A model generated the notes under the pieces. The model worked only from the letters and a program-made list of their open reading frames with translations, did not search any database and was not told the DNA's origin. A program made the position numbers and the translations under genes. A stretch of 64,000 nucleotides of DNA from Flectonema sp. DT1601 (lineage: Eukaryota), in NCBI GenBank assembly GCA_964019425.1, contig OZ025797.1, positions 186,001 to 250,000 of the forward strand, in the 5' to 3' direction. How positions within the stretch are numbered: position 1 is the first letter of the stretch; each line of letters starts with the position of its first letter. This document shows positions 23,201 to 36,700 of the stretch, one piece after another.

Positions 23201-24085
23201 GCTTAATTTAAAAACGTAACATATCTTTATAGACGAACTACAAATACACATTGTACCTACAGGGATTACAGCAGAAAGGTGTGAAATCACTTCAAACCGC
23301 TACGAACAAGTGCGAGAGTTACCTGGAGCGACATTGAGTTGTTGAAGAGAATATTTTGCAAAAAAAAAAATAAAAAAATAAATAAAAAAAGGAAACTTCA
23401 AGTCACAGTATAGATGAAAAAACACGTCTTCGTTTTTTTTTCACTCAAGAGAACAGAAAAAACGGGAACCAATTCATAAAAAAGATTCGCAAAATTAAAT
23501 TAAAAAAACTTTGCTCTGCAAGTCAACTTAACCTAAATAGACGGTGAGGGATAGAATTAGTAAAGCCGCTATTATTGTCTTTTACCTCACGTAAAAAGGA
23601 TGACTTCCCCCAACAACAACCAACCAAACGATGCTTATTATCACTTCACTTTCGGTCCCCTCTTTTTTTTTCTTTTTTTTTTCTGTAAAGAGAGAACCAA
23701 GACAGACAATTGTAATTAAAAAAATTAGAAAAATAACTGTGCTTTTCAGCAGCCTTATCTAAATAGAGTGGTATGACTATTTCGGGAACAAAAAAAAAAA
23801 AAAAAAAAAAAAATCAAAAGTCAAAAAATCAAAACAAATTGCTCGCTAAGCAGAGTGGGCTGTTTTGCTTAAAATAACAGTGAATCAATTTTTCTTCGAA
23901 TAATTAAAAAAAAACCCTAAATAAGTAGGGTTTTTGGGTGAAAAGAAAACCGATGTCTGCACTCTAACATCAGTGCAGCTGATTAAACAAATATGCATCT
24001 CATTAGGAACGAATTGAAAAAATCAGTCTATGGGTCGACTCTATTACGAATAGTAACGACGTATTACAGTGGACGACTTGTGGTT

Positions 24086-25760
24086 TCAGAGAGTTGGTTT
24101 TATCCAAGTTTTTTCTCTCGTGACGGTGTTGACGTAGAACCTGTTTTATTTTATCATATATTGTGATGCTATTCAATAAAAAAAAGCGGGGGAACTTGCA
24201 TAAATTAATCAAGGGTTAACACGCAACAAATTAGACATGAATCATTATAACTGGATTCCGTCCACTCAAAATCGCATGCTTTAAATAAGGAGGTGAATGC
24301 ATACACAGACTCATCTTCAGTTTTATATTGTGACCAATTGCTTCCGATGTCCTTACGAGAAAGCGGATCAGTTTTCGGTTTTCTTTTTTTGTCTTTTGTT
24401 GCATCCGCAGCAGCGACCGCAGCTGCAGCATAAACAGATCTCTGTGGGCGGTCAGGTGGTTCCATTCTGAAACTGCCCTGTTTTGCTCCAGCTTGTGACA
24501 CCAGCACTAGCACTCTTGAACGATCCCATGTACGTTCCTGTTGTTGTTATTTTAAAATAGGTAGAAATTAATATAAGATGTGTTGTATTGTTTGAGATCA
24601 CTATACTAAATACTACATACATTAAGGTTATCATTTACATAATAAGAAACACCTTGATAATCATATTCTTGCCAACCAGTACCTTTGAGAAGTGGATCAG
24701 TGACCTCCTGAGGCTTTGACCAGTACTGTTTTGAACCGTGTTTTGAATGAGTGTAGAATGACAACCCACTTCTTGGAACGTGTTCAGTCCATCCATAATC
24801 TAATTCTCTAGTTACGATCGGTCCTTCAGAAGTTCCCCCAGCTGAAACTGGTGGACAAGAACCATCTTTAAGTTCTGATGGTTTATGCCATTGTTTCATA
24901 CCAGTTTTTGTGTTAAAATACCACTTCTGGCTGTGGGTTCCTTTTACTTCTAACCAATCTACCGGGCTACTGTCTCGTTCTATTTCTACTACCTCACAGG
25001 GTTTTTCCCAAGTCTTTTTATGTAACTTTTTATTATACCAAAGTCTGCGACCCGCTGGTGAGCTGATCACTTCTTCCCAATCTTGTGCAGTAGATTGTTT
25101 TCTCTCTCGAGGTTCTCTCTTGGCTACGAACGATATGGATCCTCTCGCAAGTTGAGGGATTGTAGGTGCTTCCTGATCTTCAACTTCTGCGTCGTCTGAA
25201 GTTACCAACTGAGCGGTATCGATGTCCTCGGGTTCCTCGGCAGGCATTGCCAGCGGGGTGGCAAAATTTGGTTTTTTTTGACTTAAAATAGAAGGTCTCA
25301 ATGGGACTGCATCACTCTCCACCCCTGATGGGGAAGACAAGTCTGTTTTATTTGGAGTGGATCCATTTCCTAAAGAAGAAGTAGAAACTTCTCTTATCAG
25401 AGGAGGTGTGCATACTTCTCCTTCAGAAGCTGACTCTTCGAGTGTTGATATAAATGTGTCTAATGTTCGTTGGAGACCTTTCAAGTGTTCAAGTGACTTG
25501 GGTCTTGGCTTTTTGTCTTTGTCTTGAAGATACCGTCTTAGTAAGTATTCAGATATGAACACGAGGGGTTCTTCAGGAAGCTCTCCAACCTGTCTTTCAA
25601 TACACGAATCCATTGCTTCTCCCAACAGCGTGTGAAGGTTGTGTTCCTTAATGTATTCCTTTCTTTGTTTCATCCATGCTGTTTCTATGGTTCGAACTTC
25701 TTGAATAGTTGCAAATGCTCTGTTCTTACCCCCCGTTGGGGTTTCACTTTGTTCTCGCAT
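24086..25760 (-). CDS. Protein with N-terminal RIIa/Dpy-30-like dimerization-docking motif and 5 WW domains; exons 25760-24621, 24537-24305, 24140-24086
   Basis: EYIKEHNLHTLL...PEEPLVFISEYL. Five W-x(9-12)-aromatic-aromatic-(N/T)-x(6-8)-W repeats, the last two completed only by splicing (YYVNDNLN|ERTW and EDESV|FYVNTVTREKTWIKP). Confidence 0.85.
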
Positions 25761-26824
25761 TACCAAGTCTATTAGGGAGATTAGAAATAAATATAATTAA
25801 ATTACTTTTGGTATCACGCAATATATGCTCAAGAAGACAAAATGGTATTATTCTACAACATTATTAAGATGGTGTTGGTTGTCACTTAATTCTTAATTTC
25901 TGAGATGCGACTTTTTATTTCAATCCTGATTTAAAAAAGAGGAGGGTAAATCGATACTCTGTTATTCAAGCTACCAAGCTCTGCATTATCAACCTTAAAG
26001 GAACAACAATCTCTCAGACAATCTTGACTGTCAGTAAATGACTGCTACTTAAGTCAGCCCAAGTGGTCGCAGCAGCCAACATCGACTAGTGGTATTTGAT
26101 GATTCGAGAACTGTATGAGGGGAAATTATTAATTTCTCAAACATTACTACAAACAGATATTTAACTCAAGGCGTGTTATAGTATTAGGTGAGAGATAACG
26201 GAAAGGAAGAGAAAAGAGAGAGGGTTGCTTTTTTTTTTTTTTTTTTTTTTTTTTCCCCCCTTCCTAACTTTTTATGAAAAACTCAAAAAAAAAAAAAATA
26301 ATAATATAATTTTTTAAAAAAAAAAAAAAATACTACCAAACTTTTAGTCTCATCTTACTTGATCACAGTTGCTTTTTTATTAGCTGGATGCAAACATACA
26401 CAAACAAATAAAATAAATGGATGAAAGGGAAGCATGCTAGGGCTAAGACAAGATATGCGCCTGATGTGGGTGGAGTAGAGTATTGTTTTATTTTGGAGCG
26501 CAACGTTTTTGGACTACCCACAGAACACCCGTCAGGAGGCAACTTGTACCCGGCTTACAATTTTAAAGACTACCAGTTTTTCTCAGATAGACAAAGAAAA
26601 GTAAGAGAACTTGACTAGCATGTGATTTCTTCCCGGCAACAAAAAAAAAAAAAAAAAAGAAATAAATTTAAAAAAAAATTCCATTTTATAATAAAGATCA
26701 TCCTCACCTCCTTGAACTAACAAATAATTTTCAATAACAAAAATAAAAGCACTTCAGAATTATAATCACAGAAGTGAAAACTCTTTCTTCAGCACATAGA
26801 TAAAAAAGAGTAGGGGTAAATGAT

Positions 26825-26855
<31 letters not shown>

Positions 26856-27052
26856 GGTGTAATTAAATAACAAATTCTAATAAAAAATTAAAAAAAAACC
26901 AACCCATCCAGACTTTTGAACTTTTGTGTGAACTGCTTTTAAAAAGACAGAATGGTGCAAATGATTTCAGGACATCGGTCAAACCAAGGCTTTAAATAAC
27001 CGCATTTAATAACACACAACGAGGGTAGATTTGTTCCAACACAGTGAAATAC

Positions 27053-30000
27053 TTAAGACTCGGCACTGAAAATCAGAGCTGCAAAGAAAACTTCAGACTC
27101 AGCAGGTAACTCACGAACACTTACAAGAACAGGAAATTCAAATCCAGTTTTAGCTCTTGCGACAACACTGGTTGTGCTGTCAACCATAGTTTTGTGACGA
27201 GTTTCAATGTACTGATCAATTCTTGACTGGTGAATCTTTGCAACGTCTTCAGGCATTAGAGCTGACACGTTACTACCTACGATATCAGTTTCAGCATATC
27301 CAAATAATTGACACGCCTCAGTAGTCCATTTTCTGATAGTCCCATCACTTGAAATAACAACCACAGCTGATTCAAGAAGGCTAAAGGTTGCGTTATTTAC
27401 TAGTTGAGCGTTCTCATACTGAGTGCTGTCATCAGCTGAGACATAACTTATAAATTGAGGAGGTACACCTGGGAGTCTGATCTCACGTACGGTTGTCATT
27501 ACTTCGATCTCAGGACCTGTTTTAGGAGCAGCTTTCACTCTTGTCCTGGCGTCAACCACCTTCTTGACGCCAGTCTTTCGATAGTTTTCTAAGTAGAAAT
27601 CGTGGTTGTCTCGATGTTCTTCAGAAACTATAATTTTAATATTAGTTCCTAATATTTCCTCAATACTGTACCCCAGTAGATCCGCAGCGGCTTTATTGAA
27701 AGTGTGAATTATTCCGTATTCAGACATGCCTATGATTGCTGTCTCTGACTCCTCGATAACAAGTTTATTTTGTACAACTGAAAGCTCATTTTCGATAGCA
27801 ACACTCGTGTCTCTAGCGAAAGCAATATAAGAAGGTTGAACCCATTCAGTGTTCGTTGATACTTCGCATGCCTTTAGCTGAACGGTAAATAGTTCACCAT
27901 TTCCTCTCTTTGCAGTGGCTTCGAACAGATTTCCTTTTAGAACATTCTTTTTGCCAGTTTTTAAATATCGTTCTAAATAAGAATCGTGTTTGGCTGCAAC
28001 TTCAGGAGGCATTAAGATTTTTAGATTCTGACTGACCACATCAGTGGTATTCAACTTCCAACACTTGCTTGCTTCTTCACTAAATTTTGTTATCACTCCC
28101 TTAGTGTCGGCTACGATAATTGGAACTGTTGTGTACTCTGCAAGAACTTTGTCAATTTCGTTAGTTTCTCGTCGCTCTTCAAGATACGTTTGATCGACTA
28201 AGTATCCAACGTATTGAGTTCGATTCCCTGTTTGGTTCATTTTTTTTTTTTTTAAAAAAAGAAAAATAGCTTTGTAAAATGAGTGAAAAATGCTAACATA
28301 CCGGATGAAACTGCACGTACAATAATCAAGCTGTGGACTAAACGACCGTCTTTTCGTTTAGCGAATACAGCTCGTCCTGATGGGTCAAGATGACTAACTC
28401 CAGTAGTTCGATACCTCTCCAGGAGGTAGTCGTGTTGTTCTGCAATTTCTTTAGGCATTATCATTTTTACATTATTACCTACGAGATCTTCTTCCGTGTA
28501 TCCCAATAGGTCACGCACAGCTTTGTTCGTATTAACAATTATACCGTCGGGTTTAATAGTAATTATTCCACGACCGCTGATTTGCATAATACTTTCAGCC
28601 ATTTTTATAAGTCTTTCGGAGTCTAATTCCAACTTAATATCCTGTTTTTGGGTGATGGGTGTTGATGTTGATGTTGTTTACGTTAGACGTTTAGTTAAAA
28701 TTACATACCTTTACGTTACCAACAAATATGCTGCCAGCACGTGTTTGGATTTCATTTACATTCAAACGGACTTCCATTTCTCTTCCTGACTTCGATTTTG
28801 CGATTCCTCTAAAAGAGTCTCCAATCACATGCTTCTTACGTGTTGCAAGATATCTGGTGTGGGTTTTTGTTGTTTATTTTTTTTTTTTTGTTTGTTTTAA
28901 TAAATAAATAAAAATACACACCTAGCCATATACCCATCATGAAACATTGCCGTTTTAGAAGGCATAAACATATTGACGTTTTTTCCAATTACTTCTTGCT
29001 GCATTGGATGTTTGTTTTTTTTTCTTATTAATTACTTCTAGTTTAATAGGGTAAACAGTAAATGACAGACCTGAGAATATCCAAATAGCTCTGCACACAT
29101 TCTGTTAGCCTTTAAAATAATACAACTTTGATCAATAGTAATAATCGGATGCATCATCAAGTTGGAAATGACTTCGTTGACTTGTTGTCGCTGTGAAGGG
29201 TTTTAATTCAATTTATTTTTTTTTTTTTTTTTTGGAAAAAAAAAGAAGGGAAAAAAAAAAAAGACATGGCATACATCTCTGGATTCGGCTTTGGTTGAAG
29301 CATCTTGAATTTGAGCAAAAAACACTTCATTTTCTTCACCAACGCTAAAAGCAGTACTCAGAATGTCGAATACTAAATTATGACCATCTTTGTGACGAGC
29401 GTTTAACCCCTCCACAAAAACACCGAGAACGGTAGTTTTTTTCGTTTTACGATACTGAGCCAGTTTCTCGTCGTGGACATCAGCCACCACGGGGTGTTGT
29501 AATATTTTTATATTGTTATTAACAATTTCATTTTTTCGATAACCAAAAAATGCTTCTGCCGCCGGATTAAAAGACTCTACAATACCATAATCGCTCATAA
29601 TAATTAGGGGGTTGGGAGCCATTGAAAGCATTGCTGTACTTTCCTTTTCAAGTTCCAAAGCTCGTGCAACGTCGGCATTATCCCGAAAGCAGCCTACCAA
29701 GAAGCTGTCTGTATCAGAAGAGACGTGCTTCACTGATAAGGTGGCTTTGAAAAGTGTTTTGTTCTTTCTTCTTACACAAACTTCTATTAGTTGATCTATT
29801 ACCTTCTTCTTACCAGTCTTCCGATATGCCTTGAGGCGTGAATCGTGGATTCTGGCGATGCGTTCTTCCTGGAGAATTTTTACGTTTTTGCCAATTATGT
29901 CATCGCGGTTCCAACCGGTTGCGTTTTCTGCTGCTTTTGAATATGAGGATATTGTACCATAAAGATCTGTTGTGACGATGGGTGTTGGATTCTCTTCAAG

Positions 30001-30758
30001 AATGTGATCTTTAATCTTCAAGTTAAGTTCCGCACTAAACTTTTCTGTTTCATCAGAAATAAAACCGACGTAACTGCAACTCGAACCTGCGATAACTTCT
30101 CTCACGTAGATGACTACGGGGAAGAGTCTACCGTCTTTAGAACATCCAGTGTTTGGGACTCCTTCTGATTTCCCAATAACAACCTTTCTTCTCTTTGCTT
30201 GGTAAGTTCTCAAGAACGTATCATGTTTTCTAGCAATTTCCTGCGGCATGACCATCTTTATGTTCTTTCCAATAAATTCAGAGTTCGTGTGACCAAACAG
30301 TTCCGAACTCTTTTTGTTAACTTCTGCGATGATTCCACGACGTGATATTCTAAAAAATGCTAAAGGAACACATCCAACCAGTACGTTATACTTAACTTGT
30401 TTTTCTTCGTGTAATCTCTCAAGGGATGCATCGCGAAGAAGACCTGAATTAGAAAAGTTTATTTGGACGTGTCGGTTATAACACATAATTTACCAACTAA
30501 TTACATACCTGTAAACATAAGTTGTGCTCCCTCAACCGATATTTCTCGTATGACTAGCTCACGAGGTACAAGTGTTCCAGATTTAAACTTTACAAGTTGC
30601 ATACTCGTCTTTCCAATAACTTTTTTCACTCGAGTTTGCATGTAATTAGCAAGAATATCATTATGTCTTTTTGCGATGTCATCCGGCATCAACCGAGATA
30701 TGTTTTTGTTTATTAATTCGTCAACCTCGTACCCGAGTTCAGATACTGTTTTTTTTTG

Positions 30759-30789
<31 letters not shown>

Positions 30790-33700
30790 GGGCACACAAC
30801 AAAAAAAAAAAAAAAAAAAAAACTAGCTTAGTCGTAAATCATACCTGCAGGATTAGCAAAATTTATAACACCCAAATGATTAATTGTGAACAAAGGCGAT
30901 GTGAGCATTCTTGTAATAGTATTATTCATTCTATTTAGGGTTTCAATTTTTACTTTCTCTGACACATCATTAAATATGGCTACGTAAACACTTTCTTTTT
31001 CTGTGATTACAACTTCAAGAAGCAACGCTTGACAGCTTTGAGTCAAACTATTCTTCTTCTTGATAGTAAGATTAATGAATGATCCCAAGATCTTTGCTTC
31101 TTTAGTACTTCGGTACCTTTCAAGGTATGTTTGATGGACTGAACCAACGTGTTCTTCCATAAGGATTGTAACGTTGTTTTTGAGTGCTTCTTCCTTGCTG
31201 TATCCCCAGAGAGAAACAGCTGCTTTGTTAAATTCAGTGATCATCCCCCGATGGTTAATGGCAACTACAGCTGATCTGCACTCCGCCAACATCGCTTTTT
31301 GTAATTTTGCTTGCATGTCGGTTGCGGCATCCATGTTTGCTGGACGCATATATCCAGTAAATCTGCCTTCTATCTCATGGACCATTAATTCTACTAAAAT
31401 ATGTTCACCAGATTTAGAAATGCAATCGACCATCCGTTTGGTGTCGATGATTCTTTTTTCACCAGTTTTTTGATACCTCTGAACGTTAGAATCGTGAGCA
31501 CTTGCCGTATCTGGAGGCATTAGTATATTAACGTTCTTACCTAAGACTTCAGCTGAAGTGTAATCAAGAAGATTTTCAGCAACTCTCGAGAACCTTAAAA
31601 TATTACAATTATCATCAATACATATGACCGCTTGGGTTGCGAGATCAACTGCAGCGTCTGCGACTGTTGCTTGAAATTCAAAGTGTTTCTCTTCAGTCAA
31701 ATCTCTAAAATATCCAACGAATTCATTACACTCACCCTTTATGTTTGTTAAGGCACCAATCTCAACTACAGACATGAACTGTCTACCGTTGGCATCGATC
31801 ATTAGGATTTCAGTTTCCATCCCGATGATATGAGCTTCTTTAGTTCTTAAATAATTTTGTAAGTACTGGTCGTGTTTCATCGCGATATGATCCGGCATGA
31901 AATTATTTATCTTGACTCCAACACATTTGTCGGAAGCGAATGCGTTTTTACAAGTATCAGATGCGTGTTGGATGACTCCAGATGTATTTATTATGATAAG
32001 AGGATTCAACGACATTTTAATAATATTTTCTCTGATCTGTTCCTGTCTTCGCTTCTCTAATTCTGTTGAGTAGTCTGTTACATTTCCGATGTAGACGGTT
32101 TCTCTACCAGACTTTACGAGTTCTTTAATTTGAAGGGACGCTTTAAATTCAGTTCCATCTTTTCTCAGTCCTGCAGCAATCCTTATAGTGTCAATTACCT
32201 TCTTGACTCCCGTCTTTTTGTAGCTTGAGAGGTACTCGTCGTGATGGCTTGCGAATTGTTCAGGCATTAGAATTTTTATATTTTTTCCGACTACTTCGTC
32301 AACTTCATATCCAAACAATTCGACTGCCGCTCTGCTAAACCGAAGAACAGTTCCCAGAGTGTCAATAACGACTGTTGAAACTGCGCTGTATTCGACTATG
32401 TGCTCGTTAACAATTTCGTATTTTTCATCCAACGTGATGACACCTGTTGAGAGGTACTCTGCTATGGCTGGTACGGTTTCACGAACTTCTTGAGGAATCA
32501 TGGTGAGCATTAGTTTAGTGCCGTCTTCTTCTGTTCCAAGTAGTCTGACCATCGGTTTGAATATTACTATGTAGCCGATGAGTACAATGACTGCAATTAC
32601 AACTAACCAGAGGAAGAAAACAGTTGACGACTTGTCTATTACATCCTTCATAGTCTTTGAAAATATTGACGAGGCTTCTATCGAAGTTTTAAATAGTCTT
32701 CCTTGATCAAGACTAAGTAATTTCCTTTGTAGATATTTTGCACGACCATCAGGATTTTGAAAGTCTGGAGATAACGGATCCATCTGCGAAATCTCAATCA
32801 GCATTGATATCCATTTGAACACACCAAGTTCGAGTCCCTTGTCAAGAACAGAAAATGCTGGAACATCGGCACAAACCCCCACCTTCCTTCCAGAAACTAC
32901 TCCTGAAGTAGATAAAAAAGTTGTGTCGTCAGCTTGTGGATCACCGAATGTAATTTTATCTAATTCGGAACTTCTTCCGCTTATCTTTGATATGTCTCTT
33001 CTATTTAATCCCAACTCATCAATAGCAGCTTCAAGATTGCCTTGAACAGTAATAACTTCTTCAGAAGGAAGATTTTCTGAAAATAATTTTTGACATAAAA
33101 ACATCGAATTTGAAAGAAGCCATTCTCTCTTTGACACTTGGTCAGAGTCTTTGACGGAGTTGGTGGCGGTGTCTTCTACAAACGTTAGCACTGTGTGAGT
33201 TTCGTGTGGGGTTGTTTGAAATCAAACATTTAAGTAGAAATCACAATGAAAACATACCGTACGCCACACACAACAAGGCGCCTACAAAGAGAAGAGATAT
33301 TCTGCATTGTCGCATTAGTTCAGGGAAGTACTCTGAGCGAGAACTCTTTCCAGAGAGCATCAACAGAAGAGCAGATACCATTGAAACCCCATACACAGCT
33401 AATACTCCTACTGATGCTCCTTCAGCAATGGCAGCCAATACGATTAATGACAAGATAGTGTTTTGTGTATCACTTAACTTCTTCTGTTTCTTGTCAATCG
33501 CTTGTTGGATTCCTGTAATGAAACTGTTTCGAGTACTGTCTCTTAAAGCTGTAAACCCAAGACACGATACTGCAAAACGAGCGATTTTCATTTGCATTTC
33601 ATCACTGTTATTGTTTTGTTTTTGTTTTTTTTTTTTTTGTTTTTTAAAAAGTTTTTTTTCGTTTTAAAAATACCTTTTTACTTCATCTGTTCTACTAGTC

Positions 33701-36700
33701 GTGTACAACAATATCTTCTTATCAGATCTTTGATAAGGAAGTACCTGAGTGGTGTATAGGTCTCCCAGTGCCTTTGAGTCGTACTCGTACTCAATCCAAT
33801 TACGAGATCCAGGAATTAGAGGAAACTTCAACGAATCATTCTGATATGTGTAGTTAAGAACATGTTTTGAGTAAGCCACTCTTTGAATTGCAACTCTTTC
33901 ATTTGTTTTTAGCGCATGCAAAGAACTATAACCCGTTGAATAATCACGAAAAGAGAAATCATCTGAAAGACTTAATACTCGGTCTATATAAGTATCGAGG
34001 GTAGTTGTTGAGTCTTCCGTATCTATGTAATGAAGTTCTCCAAATTGACTGTAAGCGAGTGCAGAGTTACCGGATCCGAGTATCAGTTGCTCTGTTTTAT
34101 TCTTCAATTCAAGAAGCTCTATAGCATCTCTAGACATCTCTCTGGCATCTTCAGACATAACTAAAATAGTAGCGAGGAGTGAAATTACAGAGATAGCGAA
34201 CAGTAAGTGTAATGCGAGTACAGCGTGAATAGATCTAACCTTTCGTATGGCATCAGTCTTGTCAATGGTGTATAATGCGTATAGAATACAAAATACTTGA
34301 ATTACAACAAAAGCTAAAGCAATAACTTCTATTGAACTATCGTAGTTGAGAGACTGTCCTGTCCCAACCAAATCAACGTGGAGGGAGTCCAACGCTTTAT
34401 GTAAACTAAAGAAGTATTTTTCACTGAATATGGCTGACCGACCAAGGTCCCACAGTTCACTTTCACTTTTAGCAAGATCAGACTCAGGGTCGGATACAGG
34501 ATACACAGGTGGTCGCAGTTGCCGACCATCAACAGAATTTTTATTAAAACTGTCGGTCCATCGAACATCTTTAACCTTCGACTTCGATTCATTTTTTAAT
34601 ACAATCTTTTGTATAAACGCTTGAGATACCAAGTGTGCTTTGGTTATTTCCTCCAAAGCCTCAGCCGCATCCAGAAAACGCTGAGCGTCTTTGTGATGAC
34701 GAAGTAATTTCTGATGGACTCGTAATACCTCTCCGCGTTTGGTAATCCTCCAGAACTGAACTTCGTATCTCTTTTCACCATACTGGGCATATAACTGTGC
34801 TTTTCTCGAGATTTCACTTATCAAATAGTAGTATCGAGAAGCAAGTTCTTGTTGGTAGATTATGTCATCAAAGTCTTTGTTGCTGACGGTAGTCTTGTTC
34901 CAAGCTAATACGAGTAAAACATTACAACTGAGAGCGACAACTACTAAAAGGGTTGCTACAATAGCGTGATATATATTATTCGATCTTGATTTCTTTTTTT
35001 GTTGTGGTTGGGATTCTCTTCTACCGTCTTCACTGGCTTCTTCATCATCGCGAGGAGAATCTTTATTTTGATTTTCAATTTCATCCCGTAGCAGCTCTTC
35101 AGCCAGCTGGACGACGTGGTGATGGGAAGAAACTTTTTCTTCGTTGTCTTGTTTTTCAACTTTTGCTTTTTCTCCGAATGCCTGTTCCAAGTTGTCATCC
35201 CCCTCTTCTTGATCACATGTTTCCAATCGAGTTCTCGCCTCCTCAGCAAGTTTGACTAAGTGAACATGCGGAATAAAAGTAAAGAGGTTTAAAGTCGCAA
35301 GCTTACTGGTACCAATATCCTTAAATGAGAATATCATTGTCAGATAAACAAAGAAAACCAACAGTAGTGACACACAGAACATCGCCGCCACAATCACACC
35401 AGCAAACTCCATATTGGCTGCGTGAGCGTCTTCCAAGTACCCCAAGATCCTGTCCAACGCTGGTGCCAGAGTCTCTGCAGCATTGGCAGTGATATAGTCG
35501 CTGTCTGATTTCTGTGCTGGAAAGGCTTGGGATGAAGCAGCGATTGTGAGAAGGGCGTTACCTGATTTTTTTTTTTATTTAATTTTATATATAAAAAAAA
35601 AAAAAAAAAAAAGAATACTTCACAATAACAGGACCGTCTACACGTCGGCATAAAAACTAAATTTTCATACCGTATTGATTTCCAAAGGACCAAAGTGGGG
35701 TTAATGCTCTTTTCTTATTACCGTCTGCTTGAATTTCGATATGTTCACAAGAATAACTTTTATACAAATGGTTCAGAGACGAGTATGTATTTTGCAGATC
35801 ACCGTGAGCTAGTCGATTGTGTTCAGTCATAAATTGTTCCGCCAGTTGTTTTAAATTTACTTTCTGTTCTTCCAAAAGATCGGGGTCGACTTGAGAGTCG
35901 ATATCCTGAACTAACACCGCGCTCTGCATTGCTGAAGCTCTGACGAATCCTGCTGCGCTTACCTGTTTTATTATTATTTATTATTATTTATGGTAAGGTT
36001 TTGTATTTAGCTCAATAAAACAAGTCATACCTGATCAACATAATTTCTTCGTGTAGCTGCGAGGTAAGCTTCAAAGGCGAAGAACGACGCCAATACTATT
36101 ATCATTGAGAAAAACATAACATGCATGTTTGTATTTAATTTCTTTATAGTCGATGAGGTTTCATGTTGTAGGGTCATTTTCTGAGCAGTGAGACCACCAG
36201 TTCGTAGTTCTGAGGCCATGTCACCAAATTCGTTCAGCAGTGCGACGTTCATTGCCTCACCTCCTTTGTTTGCTCCTGTGGCTTGTTGTCGTTCACTGTT
36301 GATGTATGCGAGACGTTGTTCAAGTTGATCAGCGGAGTCATCATCAATCATAACTTGTCGAAGGAATTGAATGTATTTTTTAACTAACGATGTCGTCGGA
36401 TGCGTCAATGCTTTCTTAAACAATCCTAATCCAATCTCCCTCCTAGTCGTGACAGCATTAGCTACGACTGCTAAGTGTAACGTGTCTACATTCTCAGTAA
36501 GTAATTTATTCCAAAACAGCGACATCTGGTTAAGAATATCTTTATAAGTCCGCAAAGCATTCGTTACTATCTTTCTATGCGTGTCGTTCGTCAGACCAAT
36601 GAGTGGCTTAATTATTAGCTGGAGTTGAAACGCCTGATACAACACCGCAAGTGAGATCTCAAAACCCATCACAAGCTCTGCTTCAGCAAGTGATGCCCTC

